A DNA stretch of 64,000 nt from Chloroflexota bacterium (GTDB lineage Bacteria > Chloroflexota > Limnocylindria > Limnocylindrales > CSP1-4). The position numbers and the translations under genes were made by a program. Position 1 is the first letter of the stretch; each line of letters opens with the position of its first letter. The stretch is from assembly GCA_016781485.1 (NCBI GenBank), contig JADDQH010000001.1, forward strand, positions 2,062 to 66,061, read 5' to 3'. Under the pieces are notes generated by a model that saw only the letters and a list, made by a program, of their open reading frames with translations, was not told the origin of the DNA and did no database searches. This document shows positions 25,818-34,627 of this stretch, in pieces.

Positions 25818-26747
25818 CTACCGCGCAGGGGCGATCCGCGGGAGCGTCGATCTGCTCAGCCGCTCCTCGAACCGTTTCGCCGCCTCTTCGAGCTTGTCGA
25901 GGTGCTCGGCGAGACGGGCGCGCGCCGCCTCCGCGGGACCGTCGAGCCCCGTCAGCTCGAAGATCCCCCAGTGGCGGAGGATCGGCATGAGGATCTCGTC
26001 GCGATGGACCCGCAGGTCGTAGATACCCGCCTTGGCCATCTGGGCGGCCTTCCTGACGAACCCGGGGATCCCGGCGCCGGGCATCTGGAACGAAAGGACC
26101 TCATCGACGATGGCACGGACCGTCGCGGAAGGCTCGATCTTGAGGGCCGCGGCAAGCATGTCGCGGTAGAACACCATGTGGAGGTTCTCGTCGGCAGCGA
26201 TGCGGACCATGATCCTGTCGGCTACCGGATCGGCCGAGTAACGGCCCGTGTTCCGGTGAGCGATGCGGGTGGCGAGCTCCTGGAACGTGACGTAGGCGAG
26301 GCCGTGGAGGGTGTCCGCCCCGTCGTGGTCGTAACCCTGCTGAAGCTGGGTCATCCGCCCCCGTTCGAGGGCGATCGGGTCGATGTTCCGCGTGACAGTC
26401 AGGTAGTCGCGCAGCACGATCGCGTGACGCCCCTCTTCCGCCGTCCAGCGGCCGACCCAGTTGATCCATGCACCGTCCCCCCGGCCGAACATGCCGTGGA
26501 TCAGGCGGTGGTAGCTGGGCAGGTTGTCCTCGGTGAGGAGGCCTATCTCGAACGAGACCTGCGCGACGCCAGTCAGGCGCGGTTGGTCCGGCGTCCAGGG
26601 CTCCTTGTCGAAGTCACGCCCAAGCCGGTACGGGATGTACTCGTGAGGGAACCATTCCTGCGCGACCTTCAGGTGGCGGTCGAGCAGACGTGCGGCCTCG
26701 GGCTCGAGTTCGAGCAGCAGAGCGCGGTCGTCGCGTGTCAGTGGCAT
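25818..26747 (-). CDS. acyl-ACP desaturase (DesA-type soluble di-iron desaturase)
   Basis: Di-iron motifs (WTAEEGRHA, AADENLHMVFY) and overall soluble-desaturase pattern. Confidence 0.85.
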   Translation of the reverse strand: MPLTRDDRALLLELEPEAARLLDRHLKVAQEWFPHEYIPYRLGRDFDKEPWTPDQPRLTGVAQVSFEIGLLTEDNLPSYHRLIHGMFGRGDGAWINWVGRWTAEEGRHAIVLRDYLTVTRNIDPIALERGRMTQLQQGYDHDGADTLHGLAYVTFQELATRIAHRNTGRYSADPVADRIMVRIAADENLHMVFYRDMLAAALKIEPSATVRAIVDEVLSFQMPGAGIPGFVRKAAQMAKAGIYDLRVHRDEILMPILRHWGIFELTGLDGPAEAARARLAEHLDKLEEAAKRFEERLSRSTLPRIAPAR

Positions 26748-27174
26748 CGCCTCGGTCCTTTCTGGCCGGAGAGAGTCCCATCGTGGGCCACCTGCTCACC
26801 GAGCTACCCGTCACGGTACCGCACGACCGGTTGGAGCGCAGCCGTCGAGACACCGCAGCAGCGGATCTACGACCGCGGACCGATCCGTATCCAGGGACCC
26901 GGAGGAACGAGCCGTGGGGCGCTAGTCATCGATGAACGACGGGATCGCCGGCTCCTACGAGTGACTCCGATCTCTATCGCGGCGCCGTCGGGGCTCGATA
27001 TCGAACGGTCGACCCCGTCTCCTGCTCCACTCTCTCTCGTTCGCCGCTAGGCTGGATGCCGTGACGAGCCCCCGCTGCAGCACCTCGACCGCGGACGCGA
27101 GGCAAGTGGTCGTACTGGTCGGCGCGAACAAGGGTTCGCTGCAGTGCAGCGCTCCGTGGAGACGAGGATAAGGT

Positions 27175-27190
27175 CGTGACGACTGTCACG
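27175..27190. promoter_or_regulatory. palindrome CGTGAC-gact-GTCACG just upstream of the esterase SD/start
   Basis: Read directly. It lies 6 nt before GGAGGGG (27197-27203) and 24 nt before GTG 27214. A second palindrome GCTGCA-g-TGCAGC sits at 27141-27153. Confidence 0.25.
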
Positions 27191-27213
27191 GACGACGGAG
27201 GGGATCTGGCGCC

Positions 27214-28062
27214 GTGAAGTCGGGACACGTCGAGCAGCGACCGACGAGACGGCGTCTGCTCCAGGTTGCGGCCGTGGGCGCGGCCGCCGTGATCTCGGCC
27301 GGATGTGTCGGGACGGGCGCGCAGCGCGAGGCAGGGATGACGGGAGGAACGCGGGAAACGATGCGAGGAACACCCGAGACGCGGCCCGGGGAGGCGGCGG
27401 ACGAAGGGCGGCTGGTGGCGCGGCCGACACCGCCGACGCGCACGGGCGCGACCGGGATACACCGACTCGGGCTGGACGACGGGCGTGACGCGCTGATCTA
27501 CGTCCCCCGGGGCTACCGTCCGGAGTCGCCGGCGCCGTTGGCAGTGATGCTTCACGGCGCGGGCGGCAGTCCGGAACACGGGATGGACCTGCTGGAGCGC
27601 TTTGCCGAGGAGAAGGGGTTGATCGTGCTGGCGCCGCAGTCGCGCGAGCAGACCTGGGACGTGATCATGGGCGGCTACGGGCCGGACATCGAGTTCATGG
27701 ACCGCGCGCTCGCCCGGACGTTCGAGCAGTACGCGGTGGACCCGAAGCGTCTTGCCGTCGGCGGATTCTCCGACGGCGCCTCCTACGCCCTCTCGGTCGG
27801 CATCACTAACGGCAACCTCTTCTCGCACGTCATCGCGTTCTCGCCCGGCTTCACCGCGCCGGCTAGTCGTGAGGGCAAGCCGAGGCTGTACGTCTCGCAC
27901 GGGACACGCGACCAGGTGCTCCCGATCGACCGATGCAGCCGACGGATCGTCCCGCAGCTCGAGCGTGGTGGCTACGACGTCCTGTACCACGAGTTCGACG
28001 GACCACACACGGTGCCAGCAGATATCGCGCTGGAAGCAGTCGACTGGTTCCTGGACTCCTGA
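27214..28062 (+). CDS. secreted alpha/beta-hydrolase (phospholipase/carboxylesterase-type esterase)
   Basis: Twin-arginine-like signal with lipobox (RRRLLQVAAVGAAAVISAGC), GFSDG nucleophile elbow, downstream Asp and His. Confidence 0.75.
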   Translation: MKSGHVEQRPTRRRLLQVAAVGAAAVISAGCVGTGAQREAGMTGGTRETMRGTPETRPGEAADEGRLVARPTPPTRTGATGIHRLGLDDGRDALIYVPRGYRPESPAPLAVMLHGAGGSPEHGMDLLERFAEEKGLIVLAPQSREQTWDVIMGGYGPDIEFMDRALARTFEQYAVDPKRLAVGGFSDGASYALSVGITNGNLFSHVIAFSPGFTAPASREGKPRLYVSHGTRDQVLPIDRCSRRIVPQLERGGYDVLYHEFDGPHTVPADIALEAVDWFLDS

Positions 28063-28161
28063 GTGGTCGGAGGCGGGAACGGGTTCCCCGCCTACGACCC
28101 TCCGTACGAGATGACTCGACGGGTTGTGCGAGACTGACCATCCCCGCATCGAGGATCCGCG

Positions 28162-30198
28162 ATGCACAGCGACGGTCACATGGAACGGCTCGGGTGGCCC
28201 GCCGACGAGGAGCGGCGAGGCCTCCGTCGTGACACGACGCTCGTCGGCCGATCGTTCCCGCCGATCGGCGAGTACGGCTTCCTCTCGGACTGCGAGACCA
28301 CCGCCCTCGTCGCCGCGAGCGGGAACGTCGAGTGGTTGTGTCTCCCACGGATGGACTCGCCGAGCGTCTTCGGGGCGATCCTGGACCGGGACGCGGGCGG
28401 CTTCCGGTTCGGCCCCGCGGACGTCAGCGTGCCGGCTGCCCGGCGCTACCTTCCGGGGACGATGGTGCTCGAGACGAGCTGGGGGACGGCGAACGGCTGG
28501 GTGATCGTCCGCGACGTCCTGCTCATCGGGCCGTGGGCGCACGACGACGAGCGCTCTTCGACGCATCGTCGAGCACCGACCGACTACGACGCGAGCCATG
28601 TCCTTCTGCGCATGGTCAGATGCGTGAACGGCGAGATGCAGCTGACCCTCGACTGCGAGCCGGTCTTCGACTACGGCCGCGTCCGCGGCCAGTGGGAGTA
28701 CACCGAGTCGGGGTATCACCAGGCGGTCTGCCGCGCCGAAGGCAGCGATGTCGAACTGACGTTGTCGACCGATCTCCGGATCGGCTTCGAGGGCTCGCAC
28801 GCGATCGGGCGCACGCTCATCAAGGAGGGCGAGCAGAGGTTCTGTGCCGTCTCCTGGGGCCCTCGTCGGCCTCCCGCCTCCGTTGAGGAGGCGTACCGCC
28901 AGCTGGTCTGGACGGCACACCACTGGCAGCACTGGCTGGCCCGCGGCCGCTTCCCCGATCACCCGTGGCGTTCGTATCTCGAGCGGTCCGCGCTGACGCT
29001 CAAGGGCCTGACGTTCGAGCCGACTGGTGCGATCGTCGCCGCGCCCACGACCTCGCTCCCCGAGAGCCCGGGCGGGGAACGCAACTGGGATTACCGCTAC
29101 GCATGGATCCGCGACTCGACGTTCGCCCTGTGGGGTCTGTACACGCTCGGCTTCGACTGGGAGGCCAACGACTTCTTCTACTTCATCGCAGATGCCGCGG
29201 AGACCGACGAAGAGCTTCGGATCATGTACGCCATCGACGGCGGCCGCGTTCCCGAGGAGCGGTTCCTCGACCACCTGAGCGGATACGAGGGGTCGCGGCC
29301 GGTCCGGGTCGGGAATGCAGCGTACGGGCAGCGCCAGCACGACGTCTGGGGGGCGCTGCTTGACTCGTTCTACCTCCACATCAAGTCACGGGACCGGCTG
29401 GACGAGCGCGTGTGGCCGATCCTCGTCCGTCAGGTCGAGACCGCGCTGGAGCGCTGGCGCGAGCCGGACAGGGGGATCTGGGAGGTGCGGGGCGACCCGA
29501 AGCACTTCACGTCCTCCAAGGTCATGTGCTGGGTCGCTGCGGATCGCGGCGCTCGACTGGCGCGCATCCGCGACGAGCATCAGCTCGCGCAGCGCTGGCA
29601 GGCGGCCGCCGACGAGATCCACGCCGACATCTGCGCGCACGGCGTCGACGGACGAGGCGTCTTCACCCAGCACTACGAAACCGAAGCGCTCGACGCATCG
29701 CTGCTGCTCATGCCGCTCGTCCGCTTCCTTCCCGCGGAGGACGAGCGCATCAGGCGGACGGTCCTCGCGATCGCCGACGAGCTGACGGTCGACGGGCTCG
29801 TGCTGCGGTACCGGGTGGAAGAGACCGACGACGGACTGTCGGGCGAAGAGGGGACGTTCACGATCTGCTCCTTCTGGCTCGTCTCGGCACTGGTCGAGAT
29901 CGGCGAGCTCGCTCGCGCGAGGCGGTTGTGCGAGAAGCTGCTATCCCACGCCAGCCCGCTCGGGCTGTTCGGGGAAGAGATCGACGCCGGCAGCGGCCGT
30001 CACCTCGGCAACTTCCCCCAGGCGTTCACTCATCTCGCGCTGATCAACGCGGTGATGCACGTGATCGATGCCGAGCGGCGGGCGGCGGGCGCAGCGCCCT
30101 ACTCGCCGCGACGGGTGCCGGGAGCCGCCGCGCCGACCGGCGGGAACGGGTCCCGTCCGAGCCCCGAACAGGCGGATCGGCCTTCCGTACGCGGTTGA
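28162..30198 (+). CDS. glycoside hydrolase family 15 (glucoamylase/trehalase-like)
   Basis: N-terminal beta-sandwich (YGFLSDCETTALV..WLCLPRMDSP) and (alpha/alpha)6 catalytic region (WDYRYAWIRDS, EGTFTICSFWLV, GNFPQAFTHLALI). Confidence 0.85.
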   Translation: MHSDGHMERLGWPADEERRGLRRDTTLVGRSFPPIGEYGFLSDCETTALVAASGNVEWLCLPRMDSPSVFGAILDRDAGGFRFGPADVSVPAARRYLPGTMVLETSWGTANGWVIVRDVLLIGPWAHDDERSSTHRRAPTDYDASHVLLRMVRCVNGEMQLTLDCEPVFDYGRVRGQWEYTESGYHQAVCRAEGSDVELTLSTDLRIGFEGSHAIGRTLIKEGEQRFCAVSWGPRRPPASVEEAYRQLVWTAHHWQHWLARGRFPDHPWRSYLERSALTLKGLTFEPTGAIVAAPTTSLPESPGGERNWDYRYAWIRDSTFALWGLYTLGFDWEANDFFYFIADAAETDEELRIMYAIDGGRVPEERFLDHLSGYEGSRPVRVGNAAYGQRQHDVWGALLDSFYLHIKSRDRLDERVWPILVRQVETALERWREPDRGIWEVRGDPKHFTSSKVMCWVAADRGARLARIRDEHQLAQRWQAAADEIHADICAHGVDGRGVFTQHYETEALDASLLLMPLVRFLPAEDERIRRTVLAIADELTVDGLVLRYRVEETDDGLSGEEGTFTICSFWLVSALVEIGELARARRLCEKLLSHASPLGLFGEEIDAGSGRHLGNFPQAFTHLALINAVMHVIDAERRAAGAAPYSPRRVPGAAAPTGGNGSRPSPEQADRPSVRG

Positions 30199-30300
30199 CG
30201 GAGAGCTGTCACCCACGTGCAAGGTCAGGGAGCCGTCGACCGGCGGGGATGGGTCGACGAGGCCGCCAACATCGACCACTACGGTCACAAGGAGGCTCAC

Positions 30301-30510
30301 ATGACCGAAGAGCACGGCAAGGGCACGATCAGCGACATCAAGGGAACGCTGAAGGAGGCCGGAGGTCGCCTGACCGGCAACAAGGACATGGAGGCTGAAG
30401 GCCAGCTCCAGCAGACGCAGGGCGAGGCTCAGAAGGGACTGGGCGACATCCAGCAGCAGTTCCGGGACAGCGGCTCGACGAACCGCGACCGCGACCGCGA
30501 ACCGCGGTAG
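30301..30510 (+). CDS. CsbD-family stress protein
   Basis: ATG with AAGGAGG upstream. KGTLKEAGGRLTGNKDMEAEGQLQQTQGEAQKG. Confidence 0.8.
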   Translation: MTEEHGKGTISDIKGTLKEAGGRLTGNKDMEAEGQLQQTQGEAQKGLGDIQQQFRDSGSTNRDRDREPR

Positions 30511-30559
30511 CTGCACCGACAGCGCCGCGGCTTGGGAGTGCCGCAAACCAGCATCGAGG

Positions 30560-30603
30560 GAGACGACCGGCAGCCCATCTTTCGGCGCCGGTCGTCTCGT
30601 TTC
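30560..30603 (+). terminator. rho-independent-type terminator after csbD
   Basis: 11-bp perfect stem GAGACGACCGG / CCGGTCGTCTC with a 17-nt loop, followed by GTTTC. Confidence 0.6.
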
Positions 30604-30846
30604 AGGGGCTGTTCCGTCGGCGGTCGGCCGCGTGCGCGTCCGCCGAGCCGCTACCTGACTCGCTGCCGGCTGACTCCGACCGGTCAGTCGTGAGCTGACG
30701 CCACCTCCATCATCACCTCTGCCGGGACCGCCGTCTCGTTCGCTGCCGTCCCGCCGTTCCCGGCCTCCTCCTCGAACGTCACGTCGATCTCGAGGCGGAG
30801 GTCGTTACGAGCACGGCGTCGGTACCCACCGGCGTGTTCAGGCCCG

Positions 30847-31143
30847 CTAGTGATCCGGGTCGGGGTTCGGCTCGCCCCTCGGGGGATGGAAGATGACGAG
30901 GACCTCCGACTCGTACCGGCCTCCGCGGTCGGCGCCCGGCTCCAGGTCGAAGGTGGCCCCGAACTCCGACCTGAGCGCCGTCCGGAGCGTCTGGATGGAG
31001 CGATTGAGGAGCGCGGCATCCGCGACCCGGCTCGCGAACGAGGCGAGCTCCTCCTGCGGTCGGCGGCGTGCGTAGACGCGGATCGCCTCATACCCCTCCG
31101 CCGTCCAGGCGATCCGGACCGAGCCATCCATCTCGCCGGTCAC
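30847..31143 (-). CDS. hypothetical 98-aa protein translationally coupled to mug
   Basis: GTG overlaps the mug stop (GTGA). High GC3. No family recognised. Confidence 0.55.
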   Translation of the reverse strand: MTGEMDGSVRIAWTAEGYEAIRVYARRRPQEELASFASRVADAALLNRSIQTLRTALRSEFGATFDLEPGADRGGRYESEVLVIFHPPRGEPNPDPDH

Positions 31144-31727
31144 GGAGCTTGCCCCTCGATCGCAGATCCCGCCCCAAGGTACTCACGAAGCTCCGCGAAG
31201 GCCTCGATCAGCTGTGGCAGCTGGTAGTGCGCGTTGAGCCCGCTCGGGTTCGGGAGCACCCAGACGGCCGCCGCCGCGAATGGCTCCGCCTGACGACCGA
31301 CGGTCGCGGTGGGTCGGTGGAATGCGGTGCGGAAGGCGGTCACTCCGAGGAATGCGACCACACGTGGAGCGTACCGCTCGATCTTGGCCTCGAGTGCGCG
31401 TCCGCCCTCCCGTAGCTCGGCCGGTGTCAGCTCGTCCGCGGCCGCCGTCGCCCGGTCGACGAGGTTCGTGATCCCGAATCCCGACTTCAGGAGCGTGTGC
31501 TCCTCGAACGGCGAGAGGACGCGGTCGGTGAAGCCCGCGGCGTGGAGGACGGGCCAGAAGCGGTTCCCGGGTCGCGCGAAGTGGTGGCCGACGGCGCCGG
31601 AGTAGAGGCTCGGATTGATGCCGCAGAAGACGAGGGCGAGCCCGGGCGTGATGAGGTCAGGGACCGTTCGGCCCGCTGCCGCGGCGATCTGTTCCCGCGT
31701 CGGCTTCCGGCTCGCGCCCATCGTCAT
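31140..31727 (-). CDS. mug: G/U mismatch-specific uracil-DNA glycosylase (Mug/family 2 UDG)
   Basis: GINPSLYS and NPSGLNA motifs. UDG-fold length. Confidence 0.85.
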   Translation of the reverse strand: MTMGASRKPTREQIAAAAGRTVPDLITPGLALVFCGINPSLYSGAVGHHFARPGNRFWPVLHAAGFTDRVLSPFEEHTLLKSGFGITNLVDRATAAADELTPAELREGGRALEAKIERYAPRVVAFLGVTAFRTAFHRPTATVGRQAEPFAAAAVWVLPNPSGLNAHYQLPQLIEAFAELREYLGAGSAIEGQAP

Positions 31728-31761
31728 GGCACCGCGGACGGGGACGCGGAGGACGGCTCGA

Positions 31762-32154
31762 TCAGCGGTCCTCCGCTTCGTCGGCCTCCTGCTTCGTCCG
31801 GTGGACCGTGCCCGGCTCGTGCTCGGGTGGTGCGTAGATCGTGTAGAGCTTGAGGTCGTCCTGCCCGGTGTTCACGAAGTTGTGCCAGGTGCCACCGGGG
31901 ACGAAGACAAGATCGCCCGCGGTCACCCGGTCCTTCGCCCCGTTCAACTCCGCCTCGCCTTCGCCCGACACGAACACGAGTACCTGGTCCGTGTCCTCGT
32001 GCACCTCGCGGCCGATGTCCTCCCCGGGTCCCAGGCTCATCACGACGACCTGGCTATGCGTTCCTGTCACGACCTCACGCCGGAAGTCGGTGTTCTCGCG
32101 CGCCGCCGCTCGGATGTCCACCTCGAGCCGACCCGATCCAGTCCCGCCGCTCAT
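31762..32154 (-). CDS. cupin domain protein
   Basis: Two cupin motifs (GREVHEDTDQVLVFVSGEG; GDLVFVPGGTWHNFVN). Confidence 0.75.
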   Translation of the reverse strand: MSGGTGSGRLEVDIRAAARENTDFRREVVTGTHSQVVVMSLGPGEDIGREVHEDTDQVLVFVSGEGEAELNGAKDRVTAGDLVFVPGGTWHNFVNTGQDDLKLYTIYAPPEHEPGTVHRTKQEADEAEDR

Positions 32155-32190
32155 CGCCCTCGCCTCCCTGTCCGTGCTCGCGGTCGTGCT

Positions 32191-32559
32191 TCAACCGAGC
32201 GTGAACGCGATCGCCACGTTCCCTACCGACAGGTCGTCCTGCGGCGTCTCGTAGATCGACGCGCTCAGGCCCTCGCCCTGCGCGTACCGCAACACCGCCT
32301 GGCTCAGCGCGTCGAGATCACGGTGTGCCGCCGATGTGCTCTCGACCATCGCGCAGATCTCGTTCGCGCGGTCCGTGAGTACGGGGTCGACGAACACCTG
32401 GATCGCCTGGAATCCGTCCTGGACCCACGGGATCGCGCACGCGGCGTCCGAACGGATCACATCCGCGTCGTTCGGCGAGTCGTCGTCGAACGCGAAGTCG
32501 ACGGACCCCGGCCGCTCGTAATGCTGGCTCCGATGTGGGTTGGTCTCTCGTCTGGGCAT
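32191..32559 (-). CDS. hypothetical 122-aa protein
   Basis: Intact ORF with coding-like composition, heading the cupin-mug gene run. No family recognised. Confidence 0.5.
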   Translation of the reverse strand: MPRRETNPHRSQHYERPGSVDFAFDDDSPNDADVIRSDAACAIPWVQDGFQAIQVFVDPVLTDRANEICAMVESTSAAHRDLDALSQAVLRYAQGEGLSASIYETPQDDLSVGNVAIAFTLG

Positions 32560-32664
32560 CTACAGCTCCTCGATCGGTCGTCACGCCTAGCGTCGCGTGT
32601 CCATGCCGCGTCCGCGAGCGACGTCCGCTGAACGCTCGTAACGTCAGCGTTTCAGCGTTACCGT

Positions 32665-33753
32665 GTGCGGGTGGTCCGGCAGCGCGTCGAACCCCCGGCG
32701 ATCCTTGCTCCGCCGGTCCTCGTCGAGTTGCGGCGCGGACCCGTCGTCGAGGCGCGACACCGGGGGCACGTCGTCCAGGTCGCCATCGACGGGTCGGTCG
32801 AGCGCGCGGTCGGAAACCCGGACGAGGTCCGGACCATCCGGTCGGGTGTCAAGCCGTTCACGCTCGTCGCCCTGATCGAGTCGGGGGCGGCCGACGCCTT
32901 CACGCTCAGCGACAAAGAGCTTGCCCTCCTCGCGAGCTCGCACGCCGGGAACGACGATCAGGTCGAGACGTTGCGAGGCGTCCTGGCGCGGGCGGGCGTC
33001 GACGAGCAGCTGCTCGCCTGCGGGACGGAGGGGGCTCCCGACGATCCCGAGACGCGCGAGCGTTTGATCCGAGAGGGGACGACGGCGAAGCCCGTCCACC
33101 ACATGTGCTCGGGGTTCCACGCAGCGAGCCTCCTTCTCAGTCAGCACGCCGGATGGTCGCCCGAAGGCTATGACCGACCCGACCACCCGAGCCAGCGAGC
33201 GATCCAGCAGGTGCTGGACGCACTGCTCGGGAGGTCCCACGACGCACTGGGGACGGCTCTCGACGACTGCGCGATGCCGACGTACGCGATGCGGATGCGC
33301 GAGATGGCGCACCTGTTCGCCCTACTCGCCGATCCGCACGAGGCGTCGGACGAGCGCGTCCGGCGGCTCGCGCCGTCTCTCCAACGGGTCCGCGACGGGA
33401 TGATGGCCGCGCCGGAGATGGTAAACGGGGCGCCGGGCGGTGTGGACACGCTCCTGATGCAGGCGGGGCGCGGCGCGCTCGTCTGCAAGGAGGGAGCGGA
33501 AGGCCTCGAGGGGGTCGGGGTCCTGCGGGGAGCGCGAGCGGGCAGCGGTGCGGCAGGGCTGATCGTCAGCGTCGAAGACGGCGATAAGTCGAGGCGATCC
33601 TCCCCCGCCGTCACGGTCGAGGCACTCCGCCAGCTCGGGGCGCTCGACGGCGGCGCGCTGGAGAAGCTGAGGGACCTCCACGAGGTGAGGCTCCGCGACT
33701 CGCAGGGACGGCTCGCGGCGGAGCTCGTCCCGGTCTTCCAGTTGCCGCGCTAG
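32665..33753 (+). CDS. asparaginase II family (AnsA-like) protein
   Basis: Blocks RSGVKPFTLVAL, SSHAGNDDQVETL, LACGTEGAP, HMCSGFHAA, DDCAMPTYAM. Confidence 0.75.
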   Translation: MRVVRQRVEPPAILAPPVLVELRRGPVVEARHRGHVVQVAIDGSVERAVGNPDEVRTIRSGVKPFTLVALIESGAADAFTLSDKELALLASSHAGNDDQVETLRGVLARAGVDEQLLACGTEGAPDDPETRERLIREGTTAKPVHHMCSGFHAASLLLSQHAGWSPEGYDRPDHPSQRAIQQVLDALLGRSHDALGTALDDCAMPTYAMRMREMAHLFALLADPHEASDERVRRLAPSLQRVRDGMMAAPEMVNGAPGGVDTLLMQAGRGALVCKEGAEGLEGVGVLRGARAGSGAAGLIVSVEDGDKSRRSSPAVTVEALRQLGALDGGALEKLRDLHEVRLRDSQGRLAAELVPVFQLPR

Positions 33754-34620
33754 CTAGGCCTCGCGGGCGTCCGCCGCCTCTCGCGAGGCGACCGTCTCGC
33801 CGCCCGGGCCGACCAGCCGCCATGGTCCTCCCTTCCGTGTGTACGCGCGGGCCGCGGGAACCGAGACCGTCTCGAGCTCCGGGTAGCGCACGGCCGTGAG
33901 CGAGCCGCCGAAGACGCATCCCGTGTCGATGTCCAGCGTCCTCCTCAGCCAGACGGGCTCGACGACGGGGGTGTGCCCGTAGACCACGGTCGCGTCGCCT
34001 TCGTAGTCTGCAGCCCAGTTCAGCCTCACCGGCAGCCCGAACTCGTCCTTGCCGCCGGTCGTCGCTCCGTACAGCGCGAAGTCCATCGCTTCCTTCGACT
34101 CGGACCCGTGGAGGTGCTCGGGAAGGCCCGCGTGCGCGACCACGAGGCGGCCGTCGTCGAGGACGTGGTGGCTCGGCAGGCTTTCGAAGAAGTCGACGAC
34201 CCTTCCTCGGAACGACTCGGGCTCGCGCCCCAGCTGCTCGAGCGACTCCGCAAGACCGTGCTTGATCTGGACGCGACGGCCGATGAGCGCCCGTCGCAGC
34301 TTGTCGTCGTGGTTGCCGGGGACGCACAGCGCCCGCTCCTCCTCGACGAGGCGCATCACGAGCCTGAGCACGCCCGGGATGTCGGGACCGCGGTCGACGA
34401 GGTCTCCGAGGAAGACCGGGATCCGGCCCTCCGGGTGGCGAACGAGCGGCTCGCCCGCGATCGGCGCGCAAAGTCGTCCCCCTTCCTTGCTTTCGTAGCC
34501 GAGGCGCGTGAGCAGCTCCACGAGCTCGCTGCTGCAGCCGTGGACGTCGCCCACGATGTCGAAGGGGCCGCGGAGGTCGAGCACGATCTGGCGCACGCTG
34601 CACAGGGTCGCACGTACCAT
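33754..34620 (-). CDS. calcineurin-like metallophosphoesterase (PrpE/ApaH-type)
   Basis: GDVHGC, GDLVDRGPD, GNHD, VAHAG, YGHTPV motifs. Start uncertain (ATG 34620, or 34650 as in the track). Confidence 0.75.
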   Translation of the reverse strand: MVRATLCSVRQIVLDLRGPFDIVGDVHGCSSELVELLTRLGYESKEGGRLCAPIAGEPLVRHPEGRIPVFLGDLVDRGPDIPGVLRLVMRLVEEERALCVPGNHDDKLRRALIGRRVQIKHGLAESLEQLGREPESFRGRVVDFFESLPSHHVLDDGRLVVAHAGLPEHLHGSESKEAMDFALYGATTGGKDEFGLPVRLNWAADYEGDATVVYGHTPVVEPVWLRRTLDIDTGCVFGGSLTAVRYPELETVSVPAARAYTRKGGPWRLVGPGGETVASREAADAREA

Positions 34621-34627
34621 CCCGTCG

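Noticed and set aside
26974-29379. 801-aa minus-strand ORF spanning the esterase and GH15 loci
   Set aside because: Arg/Pro/Gly/Val-rich with no motifs. It is antisense to two genes with clear family signatures. Typical shadow ORF of roughly 70% GC DNA.
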